A DNA stretch of 32,000 nt from an uncultured Clostridia bacterium. GTDB taxonomy: Bacteria; Bacillota; Clostridia; TANB77; CAG-508. The notes beneath the pieces are model-generated. The model was not told where the DNA came from, did not search any database, and worked only from the letters and a program-made list of their open reading frames with translations. A program made the translations under genes and the position numbers. Positions 8,701 through 15,862 of the stretch are shown here, piece by piece (within the stretch, counting starts at the first letter, position 1; each line of letters begins with the position of its first letter). The DNA is taken from positions 39,598-71,597 of the forward strand of contig CANPVP010000006.1 in the NCBI GenBank assembly GCA_947581825.1, written 5' to 3'.

Positions 8701-10598
8701 TCAAATACACATACATTATCTATATATATATCTGAGCCATCATAATTGTTATCAATTCCACCAATGACAATATTGTTATCCTTTAAATTTACATTTTTTT
8801 GACTATTTTCTTTATCGTTTTCCTTATTCCCATTATTATAAGATGTTATTTTTCCATTTTCAAATACTAGTGTAATTATACAAGTTTGGTTTGCATCTTT
8901 AAATACATTATTAATACTTACATCATCATTTGAATTACTATCTTTTACCTTTAATCTATTTTTACTACCGTTATTAGCACGAATTACTCTATAATAGTCG
9001 CTAGTTTCGATATTCTCTAATGGTCCTATATATATTAAATCTGCTTCTTTTGTATTCTTTTCATCTTTATTTTCTTTTTCAACTGTAAAAGATATTGTAA
9101 AATTATTTGATGTTGGTTTAGCATCTAGTAAGACTCCTACCCCTTCTATTTCTTTACCATTCTCTTGTAAATTTTTTACTGTAAATCCCTTATTTTCTTT
9201 CATCTTTATACGTTTATCCTCAGACCATTTTTCAGGAGTTTTTTCAGTTTTAAATTCAGCTTCTGTTTTATTAGTAAGATTTGCACTATCAATTTGCCCA
9301 ACCACAGTGGCTTCTCCATCATTTGCACTATTTTTTAACCAATCTCTTCTATCAGTATCTTTCGTATCATCATACTTTCCTTTATCAAACTCATAATAGC
9401 CTATAACACTGTCATATAAAACATCATTTAATGAACCATCCCAATATCCTAAAGGTGCATATTCATTTACCTCTTTAGCTTCATTAAATACATAGTAATT
9501 ATAACCACTATTTCCTAAAGGATTATTATCTGTATTATGAACATTTAAAATTTCATTTACTTCTGCTTGAGTTAAAAATATGTCATGATTCCATGCATTA
9601 GTTGAAGGGCCTTCTTTTTTCTCTTTATATTTATCTTTTGATAGCTTTTTATCTCCAAGATTAAATTCCTCTATTTCTTTTTCATCTAAATGTATTGGCT
9701 CCAATGCATCTGATGTAAATATCATACTACCAGAAGCATCTAAAACTAGTCCTACGTCTGCTGCTTTTGCTCCAGAATACCATGACTCCAAATCAATTGT
9801 AAATTCTCTGTCTTCTCCTTCAATAATACTTGCCGTTTTATCTGTATGTAATCCATCTAAAGTACTATAAACTTTGGTTAATTCTACATCTTTTCCTATA
9901 GTTAAGTTTTCTGGTAAATCTTTTTTATCATATACAGGTTCATCACCATTTTTTACAATATCTCCAACATTATGATTGTCTTCAGCTTTTATATATGTAT
10001 ATACCCAAGCAACATCTTGATCATCTTTTTTTTGTGTATCCCCAGAGCCAAATACAGCATCTTCTTTTCCGCTTCCAACAACTTTTAGACTTTCATTATC
10101 ATAAAAAGTATGTATTTTTACTAAGTGAACATCTGGATGATATGAAATAGTAACTTGTTCTCCTTCAGTTTTTATAGCACTATTTCCTGAAGTTAGTGAG
10201 AAAGCTGAAAAGCTTTCAAGAGGAGTTCCATCATTATTCTTTAATGGATTTGCCTTAAGTGTTATCTTTCCTTCTTTTTCATCTATGCTATCTATATAAT
10301 CAGTATTGTATTTTTTATTATTATTTAATTCCTCTTGCTTTCCGTTTTCATCTACTGCATAAATATTATATTTGGTTCCTTCTGGCACTATATAACCTTC
10401 TACAATAACACAAGTTTGACTATCTTCACTTTCATCATAAGTAGTATGCCAATGTCTTACAATAAAATGTAAAGCATTATCCCAGTCTTCGTCTCCCTTT
10501 ACTGTTTTTACTATTTTCTCCAAAGCATATATTGGCATTGATGTAACTAATATACAAGTTATCAATAATGTCAGTACTATTTTTTTCAAAACCTTCAT
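5742..10598 (-). CDS. Giant pilus tip adhesin with VWA domain, module 1 (about 1618 aa from the preferred start)
   Basis: The track ORF starts at 10649, but its first 17 codons overlap the upstream pilin. The ATG at 10598 (MKVLKKIVL...) matches the start of paralogue 2 and follows GGGAG. VWA MIDAS elements are DVGLVLDASGSM, VTGGTATYVGL and LIIFTDGKDT. There is a CnaB-like C-terminus and a C-terminal sorting-like signal: MPLAG, TM helix, RLRIKKRKK. Confidence 0.85.
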   Translation of the reverse strand: MKVLKKIVLTLLITCILVTSMPIYALEKIVKTVKGDEDWDNALHFIVRHWHTTYDESEDSQTCVIVEGYIVPEGTKYNIYAVDENGKQEELNNNKKYNTDYIDSIDEKEGKITLKANPLKNNDGTPLESFSAFSLTSGNSAIKTEGEQVTISYHPDVHLVKIHTFYDNESLKVVGSGKEDAVFGSGDTQKKDDQDVAWVYTYIKAEDNHNVGDIVKNGDEPVYDKKDLPENLTIGKDVELTKVYSTLDGLHTDKTASIIEGEDREFTIDLESWYSGAKAADVGLVLDASGSMIFTSDALEPIHLDEKEIEEFNLGDKKLSKDKYKEKKEGPSTNAWNHDIFLTQAEVNEILNVHNTDNNPLGNSGYNYYVFNEAKEVNEYAPLGYWDGSLNDVLYDSVIGYYEFDKGKYDDTKDTDRRDWLKNSANDGEATVVGQIDSANLTNKTEAEFKTEKTPEKWSEDKRIKMKENKGFTVKNLQENGKEIEGVGVLLDAKPTSNNFTISFTVEKENKDEKNTKEADLIYIGPLENIETSDYYRVIRANNGSKNRLKVKDSNSNDDVSINNVFKDANQTCIITLVFENGKITSYNNGNKENDKENSQKNVNLKDNNIVIGGIDNNYDGSDIYIDNVCVFDTALSEKDVKRISFSETEEKEKEKECLAYNTFEEETDKLVKAEETAGNGETVINGEEKIAFVNKYFVDPVTGGMSGWYYVNHDSDLEKHYFDEKTQTGKVLWGVNNVETNDPAIYKDEIKTPTDVKAQHKNTEFTYKPDGNSPTLFYIDEEGYLCCFFTRGTKKETVGASFVYKKDDSKYIKAEALQRALGSFASELNEASPYSEISAVRYSSDKATDKNYDKFVLLDWTNDPTDVQNMMSLSYGNGGTTTGKESNHKHEGGETITQYNYGVTGGTATYVGLEAFEQFLADEGKEEADKYLIIFTDGKDTTPKEKQNKIAEDVKKLKEQGYTIMAVMLTGGSIEYSDKEESEYQTAKKFLLDIVGTSETEKENEEDKKQYFFSTAEVGNHSYKEADTIDKLTEIFTNDILERISDNLESYSIQDYIDPRFNLVSADGKEYKLDANGIVTILDKDGAKYDLKNGTTEQSKGEIKEDNGKHYLSVKLSNDSDVDIDTREARLYFDSDNNMYYLKWVKQTIPGCVVDAKILPVWNTRFTIKAKDDVLGGNAILTNGNAEKMNYVYSEGDSSASSGTDKCHKKEGENNSVSKGFPRVTVNIPTYEIEKESKQTIYMGESLDYKNIEKEMIKQVNEESEKENIKYFWEYLERYAKNNNEEKNYIEELLEKGTITIPYYYLPNKEKTNLAEDKTEHKEDKLGELVYEIKESGGNDGEVKDREKRTLTLTVTYKPGNIEERLKENEKLVKEEEYKWDEKYKPAVGEVQKEKEVIKNEHKIDIVSGEIALQVKFDSKVVEVMENEEIEYDVDLYRTYKGETKKVGTFKATWKKEDDNQPDDEGNITVTAKLEDLEKYMEENGLPLGTYTLGTPKIVKAPSYMKFDTTNVVKDAERYIDKLFTLGTDNNNPKKYLANLENNSEIILGDTEKTEGYLEKRFGLFEVKPIVVFEMPLAGSNSLMMIYIVAVGCIVTATILHKSIRLRIKKRKKVYKK

Positions 10599-10617
10599 TA
10601 GTGTTTTCATCTCCCTT

Positions 10618-11349
10618 TTATTGCTTATTCTTATTTTTTCTCTTTCCATTTAACATTTGAATAATATTTAAGGAAATTACTAATATTAAAATCCCAACTA
10701 CTATTAGTATTATATCTCCTGTATCTGGGAGCGTACTTCCTAGCACTCCTGTTTCTATAGTTGGTGGTATTGGTTCTTCTGTTGGTGGTGTTATTGGTTC
10801 AGCTGGTTGTATTGGATTTTCAGGGTCTTTTCTTTCGTATTTTAATTTTATAGTAGCTTCATATATTAAAGTTCCCTCTTCATCTGTATATGGTAACTGA
10901 ATTATGCAAGGTGTTGGTGTATAAGTTATTTTATTTTTAATTGTTTCTGCACCACAAATTAAATAAACACCATTTTCAAAAGTTGTTTTAGCTTTACCAA
11001 CTGAATTTGTTGTTAATTTATAATCAGAATTTATATTATTTGATTTTACAAAATCTGCTAATTCTGCAGTTTTTGCAAGAATTTCTTCATCAGTGCTTCT
11101 TGTTAAATCTATTGTATAATTTGCATATATATCTTTCCATTGAGTTTCAGCAGTACCATTTTCATAAGATGCTAATTTATAAATTGATATATCAACATTA
11201 TCCATTGGAAGAGTATCATTTTCGGTTATGAAATTTATTTCCAATGATGATTCATTCTCAATCCTTGTTGCATTCGCAGGAATTATAAAACTTGTTATTG
11301 CTATAATAATAAAGGCTATTACAAAATATTTTTTTGATGTTCTTTTCAT
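10618..11349 (-). CDS. Minor (basal-type) pilin, LPXTG-anchored, module 1
   Basis: 243 aa, the same length as 2309-3040 and near-identical over most of the mature part. It has a Pro-rich stalk, LPDTG, a TM helix and a basic tail. Confidence 0.8.
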   Translation of the reverse strand: MKRTSKKYFVIAFIIIAITSFIIPANATRIENESSLEINFITENDTLPMDNVDISIYKLASYENGTAETQWKDIYANYTIDLTRSTDEEILAKTAELADFVKSNNINSDYKLTTNSVGKAKTTFENGVYLICGAETIKNKITYTPTPCIIQLPYTDEEGTLIYEATIKLKYERKDPENPIQPAEPITPPTEEPIPPTIETGVLGSTLPDTGDIILIVVGILILVISLNIIQMLNGKRKNKNKQ

Positions 11350-11364
11350 TTTCTTACTCTCCCC

Positions 11365-12204
11365 TTATTTCTTTTTTATACTTTTTATAAATGGACAACA
11401 TAATCCAACTATAAAAAGTAGTATGGCTACAATAAGCAGTATAATTTCATAAAGTGCAAGTACGCCTCCTTGTACAATTTCATTTATAATATTATCACTT
11501 GAGCTTTTCTCTTCATAAATTGTTTCTACTCTGTGTCCTCTTACTAACAGCCTATGGCTATTAATTCCTAGAGGGGTACATGTAACAAGTGTACAAAGAT
11601 CTTCTCCATCTATAATTTCAACATCTTGAATTTCAGATGGTAATACAGTTTTTATTTGATCAACTTCATATGTAAGTACTTCGTTTAATACTTCAATATT
11701 AAATGTATCTCCTATTTCCAATTTTGGTAGATTTGTAAATAATGATGCAGAAGCTAAACCTCTATGCCCAGATAATACTGCATGTGTACTTGTACCTCCA
11801 ACTGGTAGTGATGTACCTGGTACATGGCCTATAGCAATTTGTAATACATCATCATTTGTAGTATGGTAAATTGGAAGTTTTACATTTATTTTTGGAATTG
11901 AAATAATTCCCATAATCCCCTTACCAGAAATATTTAAAAGAGACATATATTCGTCTTTTTGACTTTCTGATAAAAAGTATCTACTTTTGTTATTCTCTAA
12001 CGATTCATTATATTTTTTTGCTTCTTCTATAAGTTTCTTACACTCTTCTTCATCTATTTCATTAACTAATTTTCGATATGATTTTATTGCATATGAAGCA
12101 TGATATTTATTATATAGTTCGGCAAATGCAGGATAGCAAAATAAACATATTGCTATTATAATGAATATTTTTGATATTATTTTCCTCATAAGCTTTTTTT
12201 CCAT
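11365..12204 (-). CDS. srtC: Class C sortase, module 1
   Basis: TLVTCTP, VLSGHRG and LLVRGHR motifs, with N- and C-terminal TM segments. The track start (TTG 12222) lies inside the upstream hairpin. The ATG at 12204 (MEKKLMRKIISKIF) aligns with the module 2 sortase N-terminus. Confidence 0.88.
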   Translation of the reverse strand: MEKKLMRKIISKIFIIIAICLFCYPAFAELYNKYHASYAIKSYRKLVNEIDEEECKKLIEEAKKYNESLENNKSRYFLSESQKDEYMSLLNISGKGIMGIISIPKINVKLPIYHTTNDDVLQIAIGHVPGTSLPVGGTSTHAVLSGHRGLASASLFTNLPKLEIGDTFNIEVLNEVLTYEVDQIKTVLPSEIQDVEIIDGEDLCTLVTCTPLGINSHRLLVRGHRVETIYEEKSSSDNIINEIVQGGVLALYEIILLIVAILLFIVGLCCPFIKSIKKK

Positions 12205-12216
12205 AATTATTATAAA

Positions 12217-12257
12217 TTGCAAATAGATAAACCTTTAATATGCTTATCTATTTGCAA
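12217..12257 (-). promoter_or_regulatory. Intercistronic hairpin between major pilin and sortase, module 1
   Basis: 14-bp perfect stem TTGCAAATAGATAA/TTATCTATTTGCAA with a 13-nt loop. It occupies the same position as the module 2 hairpin but has an unrelated sequence. Confidence 0.5.
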
Positions 12258-12262
12258 ATATA

Positions 12263-13936
12263 TTAGTCCTCCTTCTTATCTTTTGATAGAACTAATCCAA
12301 CAATACCAAAAACTACGGCTAAACCTATAATTATAATTAAAGTTATGCTACCTGTACTAGGTAATTTAGAACCATGAACATTTACAACTTGTTGACTCAT
12401 AACTGTTTCTTCAGAAAACTCAACCGTTGCCTTATCTCCAGATTCTTCATTAAATGTAGCCTTAATTTCAAAGGTAATATCTTCACATGTATTATATCCA
12501 TAAGGTGTTACTACTTCTTTTAAAACATAAGTACCTGCGCCTAAACCTTTTACATCAAATTTACCATCTTTTTGAGATTTCAAATTAGTAGCTTCTTCTT
12601 CAGTATCTGCATTCTCATTAATAGGACGATATGCTGATAAAGTTTCATCCCATATTAATTTTACTTCTTCTTCATTCTCATTATCTTTTTTATAAAGTTT
12701 GAATTCTGCTCCTTCTAATTCATTTCCTTCAACTGCAGAATCAGAATATTTTGTGTTATAAATTTTATATGTAAATACATAGTTTGTATCTCCTAAAGTA
12801 GTTCCCATTGATTCTTCTTTACCAATATTAGGATTATTAGAATATTTAAGTTTTACAGTATTATCATTTGAATTATTTATTTCTCCATCTTTATTTGATG
12901 ATGCATTAGCTTTTTCATTTAAATGAGCTTTATATGTAACAACAACTTTAACACCTTTTGTAATATCTGCTTTATCTTTAAGAATTGCTACTAAATCATC
13001 AATAGTAATTGTTAATGTTGTGTCACCTGTTTCTTCATTTGTTGCAGTTTTAATTTCATAATCTTTATTTTCTGCATTTAATTCAATCTCAATTTCATCA
13101 CTCTCAGCTTCTTCTTTTGTTGTTTTTGCTTTAACTTTAACGCTTTCAATTCCATCATATGTAATTCCTGCACTCATTGTATCTTCAAAAACAAGTTTAT
13201 ATTTTTTATATTCACTAAATTCTTTGTTTTCTGGAAGATTAGCTGTTAAATAATAATTGAATTGTTCATTTATTGCATGATCAGTAGTATTCATACTTGG
13301 ATCTTCTGGTGATAATGATTTATCAACAGTAGGCTTTTCAGACTTTGGCTCTATTTCTATATTACTAACAACTTTTAACATATATCTTGTATATGCTGAG
13401 TTCTTATCTTCAGTTAATGAATCATCTTTATCTTTTATAAAATAATATCCAGGCTCATCAACAGAAATAGTATAAATTTTATCTTCAGCAGTTGAAGTAG
13501 TTTTTGTACCAGATAAAAACTTGCTTATTATTTGAGCAAAAATTTTTAACTTTTCATCCTCATCATTAAATTGATCAAGAACTTCTGCAACTTGCCTTGC
13601 TGTTTCACAATTTTTAAAATCTTCTTTTAATTTTTCATCTTTTTTCAATTCGTTTAATAATTCATTTGATTTGTCTCCAATTCCGCTTCCCCATGTAATA
13701 TTAGATAATGTTTTTTCAGTCTTTTTTTCTTCACCTTCCGTTATATCTTCTTCATACAAATCACCTTTAAAAATTTGATATGCTTCATAGGTATGTTCTT
13801 CATCATCGTTTGCTTTTATTTTAATAGTATAATTGGTGGTTTCTTCGGCATGTACACTCATAGTTACTATAGTTCCTAAAATAAAAACTATAGCTATAAT
13901 GCTTATAAGTAATTTTTTTGATACTCTTTCCTTCAT
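12263..13936 (-). CDS. Major (backbone) pilin, module 1
   Basis: 557 aa, paralogous to 4048-5682 (YEAYQIFKGDLY, KLKYSNNPN, LEGAEFKLY, DGKFDVKGLGAGTYVLKEVVTPYGY). LPSTG is followed by a TM helix and KDKKED. GGAGG lies 8 nt before the ATG. Confidence 0.85.
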   Translation of the reverse strand: MKERVSKKLLISIIAIVFILGTIVTMSVHAEETTNYTIKIKANDDEEHTYEAYQIFKGDLYEEDITEGEEKKTEKTLSNITWGSGIGDKSNELLNELKKDEKLKEDFKNCETARQVAEVLDQFNDEDEKLKIFAQIISKFLSGTKTTSTAEDKIYTISVDEPGYYFIKDKDDSLTEDKNSAYTRYMLKVVSNIEIEPKSEKPTVDKSLSPEDPSMNTTDHAINEQFNYYLTANLPENKEFSEYKKYKLVFEDTMSAGITYDGIESVKVKAKTTKEEAESDEIEIELNAENKDYEIKTATNEETGDTTLTITIDDLVAILKDKADITKGVKVVVTYKAHLNEKANASSNKDGEINNSNDNTVKLKYSNNPNIGKEESMGTTLGDTNYVFTYKIYNTKYSDSAVEGNELEGAEFKLYKKDNENEEEVKLIWDETLSAYRPINENADTEEEATNLKSQKDGKFDVKGLGAGTYVLKEVVTPYGYNTCEDITFEIKATFNEESGDKATVEFSEETVMSQQVVNVHGSKLPSTGSITLIIIIGLAVVFGIVGLVLSKDKKED

Positions 13937-13966
13937 TTTTATTCCTCCATTTTATATTAAAAATAG

Positions 13967-14092
13967 CATAAAAAGCGGATTAACAAATTCTAAATAACAA
14001 AGTTATTAAGAATTTGTAACATTCGCATAATTCTCTAGTACGGAGCTTTTCTCTTTCTTTGAAAGAGAAAATTCCTACTATAAAAAAAAAAA
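13967..14092 (+). repeat. Two-hairpin intergenic repeat element, copy A
   Basis: CATAAAAAGCGGA, then imperfect hairpin 13975-14026, then TTCGC, linker ATAATTCTCTAGTAC, hairpin 14047-14071 (TTTTCTCTTTC/GAAAGAGAAAA), then AAAATTCCTACTATA plus A11. It is homologous to 21663-21768 and partly to 15813-15862. Confidence 0.6.
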
Positions 14093-14363
14093 TATAATTA
14101 AACAAATAATTATATTTTTACTTATATAAATTATAAAATATTTTTATCGAATTTTATACCACAGATATTTTACTTTTACATTACATTTATAGCACAATTT
14201 TTCAACCTATTAGGCTAGTTTTATCTAATAGTAAAATTTTTTTAAAGCTACGTAAAATTTCTCTTCCAAAGAAATAAAAAATTGCTACAAAAATTGCTTT
14301 GCAATTTTTTACATTAATTATTTATCATTCACTATTCATTAATTTTGCAATAACATCTCTACA

Positions 14364-14399
14364 CACAAAAAAAGGTATTAGAAAACTCTAATACCTTTT
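14364..14399 (-). terminator. Rho-independent terminator after tRNA-Ser
   Basis: 13-bp stem AAAAGGTATTAGA/TCTAATACCTTTT with a 4-nt loop, followed by a T-run on the minus strand. It lies immediately 3' of the tRNA. Confidence 0.75.
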
Positions 14400-14490
14400 T
14401 GGCGCAAGGTGAGGGATTTGAACCCTCGCTGCCCTTACGGACACTAACTGTTTAGCAAACAGTCCCCTTCAACCACTTGGGTAACCCTGC
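14400..14490 (-). tRNA. tRNA-Ser (anticodon GCU)
   Basis: Hand-folded, 91 nt. Acceptor GCAGGGT/ACCTTGC, anticodon stem ACTGT/ACAGT with loop TTGCTAA, a long variable arm, T-loop GGTTCAAATCC, and an encoded CCA. Confidence 0.85.
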
Positions 14491-14527
14491 ATTATATTAT
14501 TTTGTTCTTTCATTTAGAACGTTTTTT

Positions 14528-14556
14528 ATTATAATATATTTTCTTGGATTCGTCAA
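14528..14556 (-). promoter_or_regulatory. Sigma-A-type promoter for tRNA-Ser
   Basis: TTGACG, 17-nt spacer, TATAAT on the minus strand, about 38 nt upstream of the tRNA 5' end. Confidence 0.6.
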
Positions 14557-14585
14557 CAAATTTTATAAACTTTAAATTTTAATTT

Positions 14586-15329
14586 TTATATAATTACCCA
14601 TCCTCCATTTGGAGAGATTATTTGTCCTGTCGTAAATTCATCCTCTACCAACCATTTCGCACATCTAGCTATATCTGTAGGTTGACCTATTTTTCCTAAA
14701 GGAATTTCATTTTTTAAGTTTTCCATGTCTTCTTTATCAATTTCTTTATTCATATCTGTATTTATTATTCCAGGTGCAATTGCATTTACTTTTATATTTG
14801 ATGGACCTAATTCTTTGGCTAAAGCTTTTGTAAAACCATTTATTGCTGCTTTTACTGTTGAATAATGCACTTCGCAAGATCCACCTACTAAACCCCATAC
14901 TGATGATATATTAATTATATTCCCATTGTGCTGTTTTATCATATGATGAGCTACTTCCTGTGTCATGTAGAAAACTGAATTCAGATTAGTTTGTATCATA
15001 TTATTCCAATCATCATCTGTTAAATCTGTAAACATTTTTATTTGTGATATTCCAGCATTATTTATAAGTACATCTATATTTCCAAACTTTTCTATTGAAT
15101 AATCCACAAGCTTTTTACATTCTTCTCTTTTTGATACATCTGCTTTAAAAATCTCTATATTATAACCTTTATTTTTTAGTTCTTCTTTTATATTATTTGC
15201 TAAATCCTCAGATTTATTATAATTTAAAATTACATTGTATCCTGACTCAGCAAGCATTCTCACAATAGCTTCTCCAATACCCCTAGAACCTCCGGTTACA
15301 ATTATATTTTTACTCATAATTATCATCAT
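14586..15329 (-). CDS. Short-chain dehydrogenase/reductase, FabG-like (3-oxoacyl-ACP reductase family)
   Basis: TGGSRGIG cofactor motif, NNAG, and the catalytic S...YSTVK (YxxxK). The start is ambiguous: ATGs at 15329, 15326 and 15317 follow AGGAAAGGA. Confidence 0.85.
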   Translation of the reverse strand: MMIIMSKNIIVTGGSRGIGEAIVRMLAESGYNVILNYNKSEDLANNIKEELKNKGYNIEIFKADVSKREECKKLVDYSIEKFGNIDVLINNAGISQIKMFTDLTDDDWNNMIQTNLNSVFYMTQEVAHHMIKQHNGNIINISSVWGLVGGSCEVHYSTVKAAINGFTKALAKELGPSNIKVNAIAPGIINTDMNKEIDKEDMENLKNEIPLGKIGQPTDIARCAKWLVEDEFTTGQIISPNGGWVII

Positions 15330-15467
15330 ATCCTTTCCTATTTAGATAACTAACTGGCAAAGAATTAAATTGTTATAGAAATAATAGCAATTATTATAAC
15401 TTAAAATATCGCATATAAAAAAATAAAGTCAAGAATCAAGATCTACATCAAAACTCTTAACCTTTTA

Positions 15468-15543
<76 letters not shown>

Positions 15544-15550
15544 ATATATT

Positions 15551-15625
15551 TGGTGACCCGTACGGGAATCGAACCCATGTCTCCGCCGTGAAAGGGCGAT
15601 GTCTTAACCGCTTGACCAACGGGCC
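15551..15625 (-). tRNA. tRNA-Glu (anticodon UUC)
   Basis: Hand-folded, 75 nt. It begins 5' GGCCCGTTGGTCAAGCGG, has anticodon loop CTTTCAC and T-loop GGTTCGATTCC, and encodes CCA. Confidence 0.85.
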
Positions 15626-15701
15626 TGGTGAGCTATCCGCGACTCGAACGCGGGACAACTTGATTAAAAGTCAAGTGCTCTACCACCTGAGCTAATAGCC
15701 C
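15626..15701 (-). tRNA. tRNA-Lys (anticodon UUU)
   Basis: Hand-folded, 76 nt. It begins 5' GGGCTATTAGCTCAGGTGG, has anticodon stem CTTGA/TCAAG with loop CTTTTAA, and encodes CCA. It abuts tRNA-Glu with no spacer. Confidence 0.85.
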
Positions 15702-15733
15702 AAATATATTGTACCGAAAAACAGTACTTGTAT

Positions 15734-15762
15734 ATATTACTATATTATTTGCGTTTTGTCAA
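15734..15762 (-). promoter_or_regulatory. Sigma-A-type promoter for the tRNA Lys-Glu-Thr operon
   Basis: Consensus TTGACA, 17-nt spacer, TAATAT on the minus strand, about 33 nt upstream of the tRNA-Lys 5' end. Confidence 0.6.
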
Positions 15763-15812
15763 CTAATTTATCAAATTTTTCTAAGTTTTTTTATGAATTT
15801 ATAAAAAATTAA

Positions 15813-15862
15813 TTAACAAATGCTAAATAACAAAGTACAGAAATTTCCTACTTTAAAAAAAA
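15813..15862 (+). repeat. Partial copy (B) of the intergenic repeat element
   Basis: TTAACAAATGCTAAATAACAAAGT matches 13980-14003 at 23 of 24 positions. AAATTTCCTACTTTAAAAAAAA matches 14068-14092. The segment between these two blocks in copy A is absent here. Confidence 0.55.

Noticed and set aside
10599-10649. N-terminal extension of the adhesin ORF (MEREKIRISNKREMKTL) overlapping the basal pilin stop
   Set aside because: Paralogue 2 starts at the equivalent of the ATG at 10598 with an SD, and the signal peptide begins there. The extension is an upstream in-frame artefact.
12205-12222. TTG start of the module 1 sortase ORF at 12222
   Set aside because: It lies inside the 14-bp intercistronic hairpin arm. 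The ATG at 12204 aligns with the paralogous sortase N-terminus.
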